A stretch of 64,000 nt of DNA, taken from NCBI RefSeq assembly GCF_009914755.1, contig NC_060946.1, one strand, 5' to 3'. Positions within the stretch are counted from its first letter, which is position 1, and each line of letters opens with the position of its first letter. Below, one piece after another: positions 21,545 to 61,968 of the stretch. The DNA comes from the human T2T-CHM13v2.0 reference genome, Homo sapiens. The position numbers were made by a program, and so were the translations under genes. The notes below the pieces were generated by a model. The model did not search any database and was not told where the DNA came from. It saw only the letters and a program-made list of their open reading frames with translations.

Positions 21545-21558
21545 GTGCCCCCTGGAGG
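21545..21558 (-). promoter_or_regulatory. CTCF core motif
   Basis: Minus strand reads ggCCTCCAGGGGGCACca, with one tolerated mismatch and good flanks. Confidence 0.5.
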
Positions 21559-22269
21559 CCGGACAGGAAGGGCCAGGGCGGACAAGGTCTTTGAGAACTC
21601 GGTGGCATCCCGCTCCTGATGGCCTGGGTCCCACCGCCCCTCCCCCAGCCTTCCTGACAGCAGAGGAGATTGATGGGGCGCTGCTCGAATGTTCTTCATC
21701 AGCGTCTTCAGTAATAAGCTTCTCCATTGGGTAACCGATCCTAGTTTAGCAAAACCGTTTGTCAACCATTTCCTCCCTTGAGCTTGATAAGAACCCCGTG
21801 GGAGAGGAGAGAGGGGGGCCCCCCAGGATCTGAAAAGCTGTGCCTCAGCCAAGTTCATGAGTCACTGGCGAGGAGGCCTGTAGGTCAGCAAAGCCTAGGA
21901 GGTCAAGAGTGCCCACATGGGGACCTACGGGCCTCAGGGCCGCAGGTTGCTGGGTTGGACCCTGGCTTGGAGCTCAGGATAGAAACCCGGAAACCCCACA
22001 GGCAAAGAAGGATGCAGAACAGAACAGGGCAGAACCAAGGACCCAGTGAGGGTGGCTGGCGTCAGAGCAAATATCAGAGTTCACAAGGTGAAATAATCCA
22101 AAAATCTATACAGAAAAAGCTAATCATTTTCTCCAATCTCTCCCCCAAAGGTGTCTACTCCTGCAGGCTTACCTGTAACCTTTGTCACTCACTCTTCTGA
22201 TTCTGCAAACATATAAACCACGGAGCCACAGCCAAGAGAATCTGGACTTGTTCGTTTTTCCTGAAATAG

Positions 22270-22624
<355 letters not shown>

Positions 22625-23427
22625 TCACTGTGCCCTTTTCACTGGCAGGCATTTTATTGTCCCTACAGACCCAAGACGGGGTGGGGGAGACGTGCTTTGT
22701 GCTCACCTGGCTGGTTCATGGGCAGGTGGCCTGGAGGACCCAGCCCTGGCAGCTGTGGGGTAGCTCCAGCCTGGGCCGGACAGGTAAGCGGAATCAAGAG
22801 ATGGGGCCAGTTGCGGCTACAGGGCCAGGAGGGGCTGCAGCTCCTGGTCAGGGTCTTCAGAAAAGCAGGGTTCTGCTGGCTGGCCTGCAGTGGAAAGAAG
22901 ACAGAGGGACAGGGAACTGGGGGTAGGGACAACCCTGCTCAACTAAGTGACCTTGAGAGGACAGGAGTCCCCACAGGAAAATCAGGAGACTGTTCCTCTG
23001 GCTGGGGTGGGCTGTGGGGAGGATGCTGGGCCAGCAGAGCCTGACAGAGCCACCCCAGTCATAAAAGGATATGTTTTTGTCAAGACTTTTCTAAACCCAT
23101 AATCACCTCCCTCCTATGTCTTGGGTCAGCTTCTTTCATCGCAGGCACCACTGCGGACATTGCTGGGAGGAAGAGGAGGGAGAAGCGACGGGCTTCATTA
23201 GGAACGGTGAGTTTGTGACTCTGCCGCTAAGTGGCAGCTCCAGCTCACCCCCCCAGCTCCCTCCCACAGGCCACGGCTGGGCATGGAGAACTGGTGACTT
23301 CAGAGGCCCGGACAGAGGAGACGGGGGAGAGCGAGGGGCCGCCGTGCCTGAGGTCTGGGGGTGACAGCAGGGGATGGCCAAGGAGTGCAGGGCCAGCTTG
23401 CCCTGCCCTCTCTAAGAGAGTCTTACT

Positions 23428-24233
<806 letters not shown>

Positions 24234-24275
24234 CTGAATAAGAACCCAAGTGAGCTTATTAGAAAGAATATTGAG

Positions 24276-26347
<2,072 letters not shown>

Positions 26348-26564
26348 CCAGCAGAGGGAATTTCTAAAGGCAAAGACTGTTCCTGAATTAGGCGAAGGCA
26401 TGGCAGCTTCACCTCTTACTGCCTGGGGTCAGGCAATTCTCTGCAGAGCAATTCTCAAGGAGGTGTCTTAGCTTGACTTGCCCCAGAATTGCTGCTGGGG
26501 AGTCCCAGCTGCCCCATCTAATTACCCTGAGCCCTTCTACCTAAATGCAGCCCTGGCCCAGCTC

Positions 26565-27512
26565 AGGCTGAGAAGTCCCAGGATCTGCAGTCACCAAGCA
26601 GAAGAAAACCAGAAGAGCCAACAGTGTCATTGCAGGCTAAGTCCAAGTTCAAAGAGAGGAGAAGACCAGTGTCCCAGCTCAGCTCACAGTCAGGCAGACA
26701 GAGCGAATTCTATCTCACCGTTTTTTTTTTTTTTTGAGATGGAGTCTCACTCTGTCACCCAGGCTGGAGTGCAGTGGTACAATCTCACTGCAACCTCCAC
26801 CTCCCAGGTTCAAGCAATTCTCCCTGCCTCAACCTCCTGAGTAGCTGGGATTACAGGCGCACGCCACCACGCCCAGCTAATTTTTGTATTTTTAGTAGAG
26901 ACGGGGTTTCACCATGTTGGCCAGGCTGGTCTTGAACTCCTGACCTCAGGTGATCCACCTGCCTTAGCCTCCCAAAGTGCTGGGATTACAGGAGTGAGCC
27001 ACCGCACCCGGCATTATTTTTTTTTTTTTTTTGAGACAGGCTCTTGCCCTGTTGTCCAGGCTAGGGTGCAGCGGTGTGAACGTGGCTCACTGTAGCCTCG
27101 ATTTCCTGGGCTCAAATGATCCTCTTGCCTCAGCCTTCTGAGTAGCGGGGACTACAAGTGTGCCACACCTGGCTAATTTTTTAAAAATTTTTTTGTAGAG
27201 ATGAGGTCTCGCCACGTTGCCCAGGCTGGTCTCGAACTTCTGGGTTTAAGCGATCCTCCTGCCTCCTGCGTAGTCGGGACTACTGGCATGCGTCACCACA
27301 CTCGGCTTACTCTGTCTTTTGTTCTCTTCAGGCTTTCGATGGATTGGACGAGGCGCGTCCACCCTGGGGAGGGCCATCATTTTATTCAGTCTACTGATGC
27401 AAATGCTTATCTCTTCTGGAAACACCTTCACAGACAGACCCAGAATATAGTTGAACCAAATACTGGGCACCTCATGGCTCCAACAGGTTGACACAAAAAA
27501 TGAACCATTGCA
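26565..27512 (-). mobile_element. MLT2-type ERVL LTR interrupted by two Alus (26721-27012, ~27016-27306)
   Basis: 'gctgagaagtcccaggatctgc...gaagaccagtgtcccagctc...cagtctactgatgcaaatgc...gttgacacaaaaaatgaacca'. Confidence 0.8.
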
Positions 27513-27575
27513 GAAAACGAAGAACAGTCACCAACTCCCACCCATGCAGCTGGCTCATTTGCTGGGCTGCCCTCC

Positions 27576-27589
27576 CCAGCAGGTGGCAC
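27576..27589 (+). promoter_or_regulatory. CTCF core motif
   Basis: CCAGCAGGTGGCAC, an exact match to CCASYAGRKGGCRS. Confidence 0.5.
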
Positions 27590-27679
27590 AGGAATCCCTG
27601 CCTTGGCAGGGAGGAGGCCTGGGGTGTGTGCAGGTACCCATGGGAAGTTTCTTTGCCATGGGGAAAGCCAGAGTCACCC

Positions 27680-29421
<1,742 letters not shown>

Positions 29422-29811
29422 TCAGACTGCTTTTCCGAATGCCATCTTGACGCTGCTCAAGTTTGGATTTTGGTTTTCATGGAAGTCAACTATGGTTCTG
29501 ACATGGCCACCTCTGTCTCAACTGATGCACGGCCTAGGGAATCCGGTGATGCTTCAGCAGGTGGCAGGGCTCAGCTGCACCCGCCCGGGCCCCAGCGCCG
29601 CCTGCCACTCCTCCTCCTCCTCCCAGGCTTCGGCTGAGAGCAGGGCCTGGAGCCAGCCTGCTGGGTGGACTCCCAGCTCCACAGTTGGCTAGCTCTGGGG
29701 CCCTGGGGAGATGTCCACCCTCTCTGTGCTTTAATTTCTTCACCTGTGAGGTGGGGATGGTAGCACCTCCCTCATGGGGTGGCTATGGCTGTGAAATGAG
29801 GTAACGTCTCG

Positions 29812-30655
<844 letters not shown>

Positions 30656-30867
30656 ACTCAACACGGTGCCGGCGCATGGCAAGCATCAGTTACTGACCAC
30701 GGTGACCCTTCTGTGTACACCAGGGGAACTCAAAATACTCAGGAAATCTAAGCATATAAGCCTAGTCACCAGGCTGTCGACATGACCCTTAACAATGAAC
30801 CTGTGTCTTTTGCCACCTCATGATGTCATAGAAGAAGAGCAGCATCAATGTTAAGAGTCTGGAGGAG

Positions 30868-32960
<2,093 letters not shown>

Positions 32961-32984
32961 GGAAAGAAAAGAAAATGTCCAAAT

Positions 32985-35717
<2,733 letters not shown>

Positions 35718-37643
35718 TGAGTATTAAATGCTTAACTGCCTTGTTATACCTCCTGTACTAAGAACACTAAAAATGTAGAGCATTTTAGACAAGAAACCTA
35801 ATTAAAAAAAAAAAAAAAAAACCCAGTTCAAAAGCATTTGGGAGTGATTCAGAAAACCACAGCCCCGGAGCTATAGTCTCTGAAGATGCGGGGCCTGGAC
35901 CTCTCTGCATTCCCCCATTGGTGTCTGCTGAAGACTAGCGTCTGCAGAAATCCCAGTCTGTACACAGGCTGAGACTATTCCTTTTCCCTACATCCTGGTG
36001 ATGGGCACACACACACCTCAAGGGAGGCGTCGATGCTCTCAGGCACTGAACTTGTTCCCGTGTCTTTATGTTTCATGATCGTATATGAGAGAGGGAGCGT
36101 GGCCTGGAACTGTACACAAAATGTGACCGAAAACAGCCTCTCGCTGTTTCCAATTAAACAACCTGCTCGAGCCTTTGGTTTCTCTCCATCACTTCCTGTC
36201 TCAATCTCACTGACGTCTTCTTTTTTAGCAAAATGCATTTGTATTTCAAGCAGAAGATCAATGGTTACATTTTAAAACGCTAAATATCTTTTCTGCCAGG
36301 CCGAATGGGGGTGTTTCTCCCATCCTTCTCTGCACGTCTTCTCATCTTAAAGCGATGGAATTGAGTTCTGTGAAATCCGATCTGGTGTTTAAGCTCTGAT
36401 TTATAACAAATTACCTATGTGGCACTCAAGAAAGAACTTGTATGTCAGATAACACTGGAGTTTGATTTCACCACCCTGCCCCCAAACCCGTTTATTCATT
36501 CATGGCGGGGAGAGATCCAGAGGGCCGGAGCAATTTCATCAACCCTGGAATTCGCGCATGGAGCCTCCTCTCCCCAGACCATCCTGCTACCATGAATAGA
36601 CAGCACGTGGCCGCCTTTTATGATAAGGTCAGAGGAAAGGAGTGCATAGAGAGAGGCCGTTTGGAGAGTCGGAGCTGTAAGTTTCAGGTATAAAACCTGA
36701 ATAGTACCAGTCCTCTTGCCTGGGGCCAGATCAGACAGGAGGGAGGAGGTGGAAGGCAACTGTTCCACCTCCCGAGGTGATTCCTTTGGACGCCTGAATC
36801 CTTTGGATTCCCTGGCTCCCAGCAGCGGACTCTGCCCTCAGCCATCTTTATCACTCCTGATTAGGGCTGCAGACGCCTCCCTCCCCACCCTGCCTTGCCA
36901 GGCTTTGTGGCTCCCCGGGCTCGTTTTCTGATAGAGCTGTCAGTTTTTACTACTGATAGGAGAAATCATTTTCTTTCTTAGCTGAATGTTAATTGGCTCC
37001 CCTCCCCCATTCACTTAGTATATCCCGTCCCCTATTTTTTTTTTTTACCCCAAGGAAAAGGTACCTTAGTAGAGACACATTTCGGAAAGACAAAGAAGGT
37101 GTTTCTTGCTAAATTGCTAATTGGTAACTGAAATCAGAGGTTAAGAAAAAGCTAAAGAGGAGAGCGAGGAAGGAATTAGGACCACATGTTTCTGTAGCTT
37201 GAGGTGAGCTGGCGCCGCCTAAATGCTCCTCGGATGCAGCACCTGCTTTCTGTAGCGGGCTCAATATTCAATAAGGAGACCCACGAGATCAGCTGGGGCC
37301 AGTTGAGCAAACATTGACATCTTGGAGGTACCAGGCACCAAGACAGGTCCTAGAGATGCGGAGGTGACTAAGACCCTTTGACAGTCCTATGGGACAAAGT
37401 GTCAGTTTGATGTGATGGGAGCAGTGGCAAAGGTAAACCAGGATACTGCGAGACTCACCGAGGGTCACAGAAACTTCCTGGAGAAAGCGAAGTTAGAGCT
37501 AGGCTTTGTACGATAACTAGGAGTTGGCTGGGAGATGGTGGCGGCAGTAACATCCCAGGTAGAAGAGACAGCTTGTGGAAGGTCATGGGCGCCGTGGAGC
37601 ATGGTGGTGCCTGAGAGGAGCAGTAAGAAGTTTGCTATGGCTA

Positions 37644-38121
<478 letters not shown>

Positions 38122-39599
38122 TCACCATAACTAACTTTAGGACATCCCACAGAAAAGCCCTTCTGAGGAGGGTTTTTGACAGGGTCATGGCCTGCCCAAA
38201 TTATGTCTCTCATCGGTTTGGCAGCAGAGCAGAGACGGGCTTGGAAGGGACAAGTGTGGGCCCTCATCGAGCCAAGAACATGAGCAATGGCACAGCAGTG
38301 ATTGTGCACAAGGGCTAAAGATTTATAGCAGTGACAGGGGGAAATATACTCCATCTCTTAGATTCTTCTTTGCCGGGAAAAGAACTAGGTTATGAAGACG
38401 CGGGTCATTTTTTGCTGGCTGGCTATTTAGTGGCAGTTCTACAAATCAGTATTATGGATGATGTTGCTTATTTACAAAGAAAAAAATGACAGAGTGGCTA
38501 TATCATAGCAAAATCCAGAATGCTGAAGTTTCTGCAAAATGGGAACATGACAGAGCACTCACTGTCCAGCAAGTTTCCTGCAGCAAAAACCGCAGCCGAT
38601 CTGGACCAAATAAAGGGCACAGGCTCTGTCCTCAAAGGCTCTGCAGGGGGCTGCATTCAGACTGAAGTGTTGAGTCACCTGTGAATCCTGGGTTGTGAGC
38701 AGACCTGCCTTTGTCCAGTGCAGGTGCAGGCTCCTTAGCGAGGAAAGGCTCAGAGAGAGACAGGTGCACCTCTGCAGCAGCTTTGCTGGCAGGTGGGTCT
38801 GATCTGAGCCTGTTGCTGCAATCATTGATCAGTTAGGTTTTTTAAATTGCAAGGAAGAAATAAAACCAAATTAAACTGGCTTTACCAATGAAAGGAACTC
38901 CAGTCTAACATTATATTTGACTAGGGTCATGGGAAAAACCTCTCCCTACAAAAACATAGAAATTCATGATAAAATCTAAGTAAATAAATAAAATGCCAGT
39001 GTGTGGCTGAGTTAGCAAGCAAGAAAGGAATATCCCCAGGGGCCAGAAACAAAGAGGGAAAAGCCAGAATGGTAAGCACAGGGTTCTGTCCCACAGCTGC
39101 CTCCAGGAGGCACGTAAGAGAAGGCAGGGGTTATCAGAGCCAGCAACCAGGGGCCTTGGTTCTGGTGGCTGTGTTGAGACTGGAGATAAGATCTTCAGCT
39201 GACAGGAGTAGAGAGGTGAATCTATGCCTCCTTGCAAAAGCCAGACTCCTCTGAGGGCAAATCTCTCAGTGAAAGATGGGCTAGAAAAAAACCTACCCTC
39301 TGGCACAGGGAGATAACAAGAAAGCTTGTTTATCATAGCAGGAGCATAGAGCAGTGGGGGCCTGGGGGACATGCTACAAAAGGATCCCTTGAAAAATCCA
39401 AGCCTCATATCTGTGCTTTGAGGGGGTTTGAGGTCCAAATTTGTACTTCATGCATGGCCTGGGATTCCTATGCCAAGAGAAGAAAATTGGTACGAGGCTG
39501 GTGTTAACTCTGGGCCACCTGGTGTGGCAGCTGCAAAATGGCTGTGGAGGGGTATTTCTACAACTCCAGCAGCAGGAAATTCCCACGCGAAAAACATGC

Positions 39600-47530
<7,931 letters not shown>

Positions 47531-48064
47531 AGCACAGGCTTGTTAGGAATTAACCCAAGGAACTGAACACAGCTAAAGTAGAGAGCCAGAAATAACGATA
47601 GCTCACATTTATGAGTCAGTTTCATGCCTCATTCTATAATGCAATATGTATTTACAGTTTAGGTTAAAATACAAATCCTTTCTACAGAATCCTCTGCTTA
47701 TGTATATTAATAGTCATGGGCTAGCATTTACCCAGAACTTACTAGGAGCCATTCCCTGCTCTCGTTAGGAACTCTCTTGCCTCTATACCTTTGATTAGGC
47801 TGTTTTCTCAGCTCCAAATGCCCTTCCTCTCCTTTGCAACCTGTGAGGTTTGGCTAAAATGTAACCTCCTTTGGCTGTTACTGCCAAGAGCACAGCCAGT
47901 ATCCATTCTGCCCCACTTCCTTAAGAATAGAACCACGATTTTGTTCTAATATGGTCCTTTTAAAATGACTACAACTATCGTATTATATTCCCAGCTCCCT
48001 CTGTATCTCAGGGTGGCCAAGTGACACAGTTTTGGACAATGAGATACAGGCTGAAGTTTGCTAG

Positions 48065-48320
48065 GTTTATTAATTATCGATGCATATCAAAGTATCCCAA
48101 AACTTAGTGGTTTAAAGCAATGGATGCTTTTATTATCTCACGATTTTTGTGGGTCAAGAATTTGGGAGTGGCTTATCTGGGTGGTTCTGGTTCAAGATCT
48201 TAACGAGGTTGCAGTCAAGGTGTCCACTGGGGCTGCAGTCATCCGAAGGCTTGACTAGATCTGGAGGATCTTCTTCCAAGGAGGTTTACTCATGTGGCTG
48301 TTGGCAAGAAGTCTCCTGTT
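48065..48320 (-). mobile_element. Old MLT1-family MaLR LTR fragment
   Basis: 'cccaaaacttagtggtttaaagcaa...gctgcagtcatccgaaggcttgact'. Confidence 0.7.
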
Positions 48321-48445
48321 GTCTGGATGCAAGTCATGGTACATGTAAGACGCTTTAAGAGTTTTTATTGTTGGCATCAAGGAAAAAAGTATGACCTCTT
48401 CCTTTGCCTATCTCCAATCCCTTTTATCCCCATTTTATTTTTGAT

Positions 48446-48725
48446 CTATCCACCCATGTACTCATCCACTACCCATCTACCCACCCATCCATCCACCCAC
48501 CCATCCATCCATCCACTCACCCATCCAGCCAACAACTCACTCATCCACCCATCCACTCATCCACCAACCTTTCACCCACCTACCCACCTATCCACTTACC
48601 CACCCACCCATCCTTTCACCCATCCACCCATCCATCCACCCACACACATATCCATCCATCCATCCATCCATCCATCCACCATCCACCCACCCATCCACAC
48701 ACTCATCCACCTATCCATCTATCCA
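48446..48725. repeat. Degenerate (CCAT/CCAC)n tetranucleotide repeat
   Basis: Directly visible. Produces the H/P/S/T-rich pseudo-ORFs at 48294-48775. Confidence 0.95.
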
Positions 48726-48887
48726 ATAGTTTCTGGGAGCGTATAAAGTGCCAGGCACAATATTTAGGCACTTGACATAAAAAGTGAGTAAGATTTGTGC
48801 CCTTCCTTTAAGTAATTCCTCTCTATTTAGGATGACAGATATGGAACAATTCTAGTACATTTGTGATAAGTGCTATGCTACAAGTAA

Positions 48888-49308
<421 letters not shown>

Positions 49309-50269
49309 TAGGTGATGAGAAAGAAAGACGCTTTCACTTTTAAGTATTAAGACTGACTCCAAGTGCATGTGATTCGGTAGTCTTGAAACTGAGCTTTCAG
49401 AGAAAAAAGAGATTTTCTAAATTCCAAAGGCTCTGCTTTAAGACGTAAATAACAGAATCCTGGACTTGGATTATAAGCAGTGCACAGGGTCTGAAGGTGT
49501 GACTTAGGGAAGTTCCCATCAGTAGGAAGACACAGGAGATCAGATGTCAGCGTCCTGATTCCCTCCTCGGGGTTAACACAGTGGTAGCAAGGCCTGCGGT
49601 GAGCATGGCAGCAGAACGACAGGGGCTGCTCAGGCATGCTTTGGAAATGGCCAGGAAAGGGTCTAGGACAGTGGCCTGGAAGGCAGCCTCACAGATCTAG
49701 TGTGAGGCTACACCCAGCCTACACTCTCTAGTGTGGAGTGGGAAAAGCAGCCCAGGCCCTGATGAATCAAAAGACTGAGATTGGGGTACAGAGGCCAGGC
49801 TGGGAGCCCTGGGCTGGAGGTTGAGAATAATGCATGATGGTATCGCCTCGTGGACACCAGGACGGAAGGTCCAGGAACCGCCCTGGCCATGGCTGAGAGG
49901 CAGGAGCCAGGAGGGTGCCCTAGTTACCCCGCACCCTAGCAGCATCTCAGAAAGGAGCAGGGAGAGACACTTGATCGGAACTTGAACCTGAACTTGAACT
50001 TTAATCTTGACGCGTTAATGAGGAAGGGAGTTTTGGAAGACTGAAGAGGCTGAGTTAGCTCTGATGAGCATGTTCCTGGTGTTATTTCCTTTCTCTCTTT
50101 TGCCGTGAGCAAGAGTGGGGACTTGCGAGCTCAAGGGAATCAGTTATAGACCATTTTTAGTTCTATTTCTGTGCACATCTGCCTGCATACAGCATAAAGA
50201 TTTTTACCCTGGTTGAGGCGTGCACGGGATGCTGGGATTACAGGCGTGAGCCACCGTACCCACCTGACC

Positions 50270-52031
<1,762 letters not shown>

Positions 52032-52452
52032 TTACAGCCAGATCTCAAACAACTTCGTGAACAAATCTACAAGAATCACACATTGTTAAAACACAGCCAT
52101 CTCACACACAGAATCAAGCTTGTGTTTGACAATGGCATGGAAATCACACTAATTATGATGACCTAGGCTGGGAGAGAAAACCAGTGCACCTGCACTATCT
52201 GATCCCAGCCTCCCTCTGAGCCTCACCTGGGGTCACTCTTCCCCTTAGTGTGCTGTAGCCACTCTAGATCCCACCTGCTCCTAAACACACCCATCTCTTC
52301 TCTGCCCCGGGGCCTTTGCACGTGGCACTCCCTCTGCCTGAGAAGCTGCCACTTGATGTTGTCAGCTCCTTCTTATGCTTCAGATCTTCCTTTCAATGCC
52401 AGCTACTCACAGAAGCCCTCCCTGACCACCCTGTTCAAAGTAGCATCCTCAC

Positions 52453-52590
52453 TGTGGTAGCAGGATGATGCCTCCCCCAAGATGTCCATGTCCTAATCCC
52501 TGGTACCTGTGAATATGTTATGTTACGTGGCAAGAGGGAATGAAGGTTGAAGATGAAATGAAGTTTGCTAATTAGCTGACTTTGTTTTAT
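52453..52590 (+). mobile_element. MLT1D/E-like LTR 5' fragment
   Basis: 'cccccaagatgtccatgtcctaatccctggtacctgtgaatatgttatgttacgtggcaa'. Confidence 0.75.
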
Positions 52591-52611
52591 TATATTTTAG
52601 TTTTTTTGTGA

Positions 52612-52713
<102 letters not shown>

Positions 52714-52892
52714 TGAGTAGCTAGGGTTACAGGTGCCCGCCACCAGGCCTGGCTAATTTTTGTATTTTTTGGTAGAGATGGGGTTTCGCCATCTTGGCCA
52801 GGCTGGTCTCAAACTCCTGACCTCAGGTGATCCCCTGCTACCTCGGCCTCCCAAAGTACTGGGATTACAAGCGTGAGCCACTGTGCCCTGCC

Positions 52893-53910
<1,018 letters not shown>

Positions 53911-53962
53911 TCCAAACCAGGGCCATTCAGGAGTGAAAGTGGCACTATTAAGAACTATGCTG

Positions 53963-55469
<1,507 letters not shown>

Positions 55470-55510
55470 TCAAACAGGAAGTGGGGTGAGTGAAAGGGGA
55501 GTAGTGATAT

Positions 55511-55813
55511 TGATATGGTTTGGGTGCGTCCTCACCCAAATCTCATCTTGAATTGTAGCTCCCATCATTCCCACGTGTTGTGGGAGATAATTGAATCATG
55601 GGGGCAGTTCTCATGGTAGTGAATAATCTCACGACATCTGATGGTTTTATAACAGGAAACCCCTTTTGCTTGGCTCATTTCTCTCTTGCCGCCACCTTTC
55701 GCCTTCTGCCACGATTGTGAGGCCTCCCCAGCCACGTGGAACCGTGAGTCTATTAAACTTCTTTTCCAGTCTTGGCTTTGTCTTTATCAGCAGCGTGAAA
55801 ACAGGCTAATACA
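55511..55813 (+). mobile_element. THE1 (MaLR) solo LTR
   Basis: Starts TGATATGGTTTGG, ends CAGCAGCGTGAAAACAGGCTAATACA; contains the THE1 core 'gattgtgaggcctccccagccacgtggaac'. Confidence 0.92.
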
Positions 55814-58087
<2,274 letters not shown>

Positions 58088-58279
58088 CCCTGCAGGAAGT
58101 CCGTGCAGGAGTCTCCCCCGCCTGCAGAGGCTGCACTTGGATGGTGCCCGTGCCCCTGGTGGAAGAGGGAGGAGGCATGTGGAGGAAAGGAGACCCTTGG
58201 GTGACCATGGCCAAGGGTGTGAGGGGCAGGTGTGTCCCCCAGCTCACTCTGGAGACTTTTTCCTGGGCTTTCTACCACA

Positions 58280-59355
58280 GCTAAAGTAAAATGACCATGA
58301 ACTGGGTGGCTTAAAACAACAGACTTTATTCTCTCACAGTTCCAGAGGCCAGAAGTGTAAAATGAAGGTGTCACATCAAGGAAGGGATCCTTCCTCACCT
58401 CTTCTAGCTTCTGGTGGTTCCTGGCTGTTATGAACCGAGTGTATGTGTCCCCCCAAAATTCATCTGTTGAACCCTAATCCCCAGTTCGGTATGGTATTAG
58501 GAGGTAACATCTCTGGGAGGTAATCAGGGTTAGATGATGTCATGGGGGTAGAGCCCCCTGATGCCATGATGGGATGAGTGCCCTTATAAGAAGAGATGGG
58601 GGACGCCGGGTGCAGTGGCTCACACCTGTAATCCCAACACTGTGGGAGGCCGAGGCGGGTGGATAACTTGAGGTCAGGAGTTCGAGGCCAGCCTGGCCAA
58701 CATGGTGAAACCCCATCTCTACTAAAAATACAAAAATGAGCCAGGTGTGGTGGGGGGTGCCTGTAATCCCAGCTACTCAGGAGGCTGAGGGGGGAAAATC
58801 ACTTGAACCCGGGAGGCAGAGGCTGCAGTGAGCTGAGATCAAATCACTGCACTCCAGCCAGAGTGAGACTCTATGTCCAAAAAAAAGAAAAAAGAGACAG
58901 GGGATCGCGCGCTCTCTCGCGCTCTCCTCTCTCATTCTTCTCCCCCCTCTGCCATGTGAGGTCCGAAGTAGGAAGGCAGCCATGCTTAAAACCAGGAAGA
59001 GGCCCTCCCCAGATTGAACCGAATCTTCCAGTACCTTGATCTCTAACTTTCCAGTTTCCAGAACTGTGAGAAACAAATGTCTGTTGTTTGAGCCTCCCAG
59101 TCTACCACATCTTTAGCAGCCACAGCAGACGAAGACACCTGCAGTCATTGCCATTGCCGGGCTTGTGGGAGCATCGCTCTGACCTCTGCTTCCGTCTTCA
59201 TGTGGCCATTGCTCCTCTGGGGCAGTGTCTCTGTGTCAAAATGTTCCTCTTCTAAGGATGCCAGTCATTGGATGAGGGTGTGACCTCATCTGAACTTGAT
59301 TACAACTGCAAGGACCGTTATTTCCAGATAAGGTCACATTCACGGGTACCAGGTA
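58280..59355. mobile_element. MLT1C-like LTR (-) interrupted by an MLT1A-like LTR (+, ~58426-59137), itself containing an Alu (58604-58890)
   Basis: 'gggtggcttaaaacaacag...ctcacagttc' and 'tttccagataaggtcacattcac' flank 'tgttatg...aaaattca...gcccttataagaaga...agaactgtgagaaac...gaagaca'. Confidence 0.75.
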
Positions 59356-59707
59356 GCCATGAATTTCTTGGGGGCGCTTTCCAACTCAGAGCACCTGCCA
59401 TTCCCTAGGCGTCCTCCCTGGCCCAGCCTCCCCCACCCACCCTCACCCGCTGTCTTTGAGCTCCACGAACCAGGAGCCACCTTCTCAGATCCCCTTTGCT
59501 TGATCATGGTTCTGCATGCGAGCTGCCCTCCTCCCCATCACCTGCCAGCTCTCCCCCAACCTGCGATGGCAACTGGACCCATTTTTACCCATACACAATT
59601 TCAAAGCATACTGAATGCAGTTAAAATTCTCCAGATACTTCCTTTCAGGTCCACATCCCTCTGTAAGTGTTCATCTTTGAAACCCTGGGTAGAATCTGAG
59701 TTTGATC

Positions 59708-61427
<1,720 letters not shown>

Positions 61428-61675
61428 TAAAGGTGCTCTGTTTATTCCCATTGAACCTGGACTTCACAGAGAGGATGGACACAATTACAAAGCTCTGAGA
61501 GCTCTGTCCCTCACTTTTCTTTTGTCCTCACTGGGTAGGTCCTTAAGGCTCTGTCGTACCTTTAGGGCACAGCATTGGCAACCCTCACCAGTGCTTGAGG
61601 GGTGGATACCTACGCTGTCTCCAGCATGAAGTTCCCAAGGGAACAGAGGTCACCAAAGAGTCCAATCAGCAAGGA

Positions 61676-61753
61676 CTTCAGAGGTGGAGCGCTTGAATTA
61701 CTTGCTCTGAACTTCTTCAGAGGTGGAGAGCTTGAATTACTTGCTCTGCACTT
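61676..61753. repeat. 39-bp tandem duplication (2 copies, 2 mismatches)
   Basis: CTTCAGAGGTGGAG(C/A)GCTTGAATTACTTGCTCTG(A/C)ACTT twice. Confidence 0.95.
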
Positions 61754-61968
61754 CTTGCTAAGCCAGCAGGGTCATTCGGATCACTGATCTGCAACCCAGC
61801 TGGATCAGGAGTCAATGCCCGGCCTAGTGCACCGGGCAAGTGACAACAGTGACAGAAAATTGGGCCAATTTGGACCATTTGGCAGAAAGCTAGACTCAGT
61901 CAGTGACAAGCGTGAATTAAACAAACTAATAAAACATAACTTTAATGTATTTTTACAATGTTCTTTTA

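Noticed and set aside
48294-48775. His/Pro/Thr-rich ORFs
   Set aside because: Translation of the (CCAT/CCAC)n microsatellite.
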